A stretch of 64,000 nucleotides of DNA from Cladosporium halotolerans. Its lineage: Eukaryota. The notes below the pieces were generated by a model. The model was given only the letters and a program-made list of their open reading frames with translations. It ran no database searches and was not told where the DNA came from. Numbering within the stretch: position 1 is the stretch's first letter; each line of letters starts with the position of its first letter. The stretch spans positions 496,001 to 560,000 of the forward strand of contig NW_027191454.1 of the NCBI RefSeq assembly GCF_011745625.1, given 5' to 3'. Shown piece by piece: positions 62,546 through 64,000 of the stretch. The position numbers were made by a program, and so were the translations under genes.

Positions 62546-64000
62546 ATGGCGCCGTACGGCGGAACCCCATTATTCTCAGAACGCAACCGGTCCGCCAAAG
62601 ACGGCGGGCCCAGCGGCGTGCAACGCAACTATGCCACACAGTTGAAAGAACACGAACCGCTCTTCAACACCTACGAGCACCTGCAAGGCCTGCCGCGCGG
62701 CGACGCCGCCCTCACGCTGCTGCGCAAGGTCGCCTCGGCGGTGAAACCCATCATGCGCAAACGCGGCTGGCGCGTCCAGATCCTAGCAGAGTTCCTGCCG
62801 CCCGAGGGCAACCTTTTGGGCCTGAACATCAACCGCGGCTACAAGATCTGCATCCGCCTGCGCTACCACAACAACCCGGACCTCTTCTTGCCGCTCGAGC
62901 AGGTCGTCGACACGATGCTGCACGAGCTCTCGCACAATCGCTGGGGCGACCACGACGCCCGGTTCCACGCGCTGTGGGACGAGCTCAGGGACGAGCACGA
63001 GACGCTCGTCCGCAAGGGCTACACGGGCGAGGGCTTCATGGGCGAGGGCCAGCGCCTGGGTGGCGGGCGGCCGCCGACGGAGCGGGATTTGAGGAAGCTT
63101 GCGCGCGCGGGTGCCGAGAAGCGCAGGGCGACGAGTACGCTCAGTTCGGGATCGGGGCGCCGTTTGGGCGGCTCTGATATCATGCTGGGTCAGGATGCGC
63201 GCGAGGTGATTGCGGGCCAGGCGCTGCTGCGCAATACGATCAACAGGGGCTGTGCTTCGACTAGGAGCGATGCTGAGTCTCTGGCGAAGTCGAGTGCAGC
63301 GACGACGTTTAAGACGAAGGCGGAGGAGGACGATGCAAACGACAGGGCCATCACGCAGGCGCTTTATGAGCTCATGGAGGAAGAGGAGGCAGCTAAGCTG
63401 AACGGCACGTTCACGAGTGCACCATCGGGTGGCGGCCTTGCTTGGAGCAGAGAGCATGGATTGTACGACCCTGCGACTGAGCACCCTCGCGTACCAACCG
63501 AAGAGGAGCAGATGAAATGGGCTATGGAGGAAAGCGTCCGCGCTGACAGAGAAGCCCGAGTCCCCATGGCATCTGGCGCCTTGCCTCCGGAATCCCTGAT
63601 CTCACCCGTCAACCCATCCTACACGTCCTCGCGGTCAGCACGCTCCGCCACCGGCACCTCTCGCGCCTCAACCGTCTCTTCCGCCCCACCACCGAGCCTC
63701 GTTTCCCCCATCAGCCCGAGGCATAAATCCTCCCGCTCTACTGCCAGCAGCTCGCGTACGCACTCCCTCGCAGACGCCAGTCCCGTCTCGCCCCTCTACC
63801 AAGAATCAACACACTCCTCCAACTCGCACTCCCACAAACGCAAAGCGTCCTCCGTCGCGCCCCCTCCCTCGCGCTCCTCCGCCCGCTCGGAAGCAACAAC
63901 TCTCAGCTCCCCCATCACTGCCATCGACCTCTCGGAGCCCTTCAACCCAGACCAGTGGATCTGCGAAATCTGCACCTGCATCAACCCGACGCGCTACCTG
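62546..64000 (+). CDS. WSS1: Wss1/WLM DNA-protein crosslink metalloprotease, 3'-partial
   Basis: Not in the ORF track because it runs off the window. ATG 62546 (CAACATGG). Motifs VKPIMRKRGW, LLGLNIN, KICIRLR and HELSH...HD; SHP-like FMGEGQRLGG; start of a RanBP2 zinc finger WICEICTCINP at the window end. Confidence 0.93.
   Translation, partial: MAPYGGTPLFSERNRSAKDGGPSGVQRNYATQLKEHEPLFNTYEHLQGLPRGDAALTLLRKVASAVKPIMRKRGWRVQILAEFLPPEGNLLGLNINRGYKICIRLRYHNNPDLFLPLEQVVDTMLHELSHNRWGDHDARFHALWDELRDEHETLVRKGYTGEGFMGEGQRLGGGRPPTERDLRKLARAGAEKRRATSTLSSGSGRRLGGSDIMLGQDAREVIAGQALLRNTINRGCASTRSDAESLAKSSAATTFKTKAEEDDANDRAITQALYELMEEEEAAKLNGTFTSAPSGGGLAWSREHGLYDPATEHPRVPTEEEQMKWAMEESVRADREARVPMASGALPPESLISPVNPSYTSSRSARSATGTSRASTVSSAPPPSLVSPISPRHKSSRSTASSSRTHSLADASPVSPLYQESTHSSNSHSHKRKASSVAPPPSRSSARSEATTLSSPITAIDLSEPFNPDQWICEICTCINPTRYL

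Noticed and set aside
62631..62645. ATG 62631 as the WSS1 start
   Set aside because: Out of frame (ATG CCA CAC AGT TGA); ATG 62546 is in frame and in good context.
22892..64000. A 'DNA-repair gene cluster' (ERCC4-like, MSH1, MPH1, WSS1)
   Set aside because: Genes are interspersed with unrelated housekeeping genes over 40 kb; no evidence of co-regulation from the sequence alone.

Overview
Gene-dense chromosomal segment from a filamentous ascomycete. It has short GT-AG introns with CTRAC/CTAAC branch sites and is probably Dothideomycete-like, although the species cannot be identified from the sequence alone. It carries about 25 protein-coding genes, in order: 3' part of an ABCB/MDR transporter; two tandem paralogous F-box-like genes; APC subunit CDC26; a probable mitochondrial protein with a Lys-rich tail; casein kinase II alpha; RNase P/MRP subunit RPP1; a GH55 beta-1,3-glucanase; a DAL81/TamA-like Zn2Cys6 factor; polo kinase; an OPA3-like protein; a small ERCC4-like/HhH protein; MSH1; HEM12; cytosine deaminase; SIN3; an expansin-like protein; a GFA/CENP-V protein; MPH1/FANCM; a ~1958-aa secreted GH16 + six PAN/Apple + (GPGT)24 protein; a PTC7-like PP2C; SEC20; a PhoD-like phosphatase; kexin; and WSS1 (truncated at the window end). 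I saw no transposon, tRNA, rRNA or CRISPR array. The most notable signals are: (1) a 720-nt phase-0 SIN3 intron with only one in-frame stop and an internal ATG-led 149-codon frame that fuses to the HDAC-interaction domain, a candidate PAH-less/PAH-only isoform switch; (2) an unannotated-looking ERCC1/FAAP24/Spo16-like gene; (3) the giant modular GH16 protein; (4) repeated strand-symmetric C-to-G skew switches in GC-saturated gene segments; (5) a stop-start-coupled chain of short ORFs upstream of the DAL81/TamA homologue. Gene models and family calls were made by eye, without database searches.
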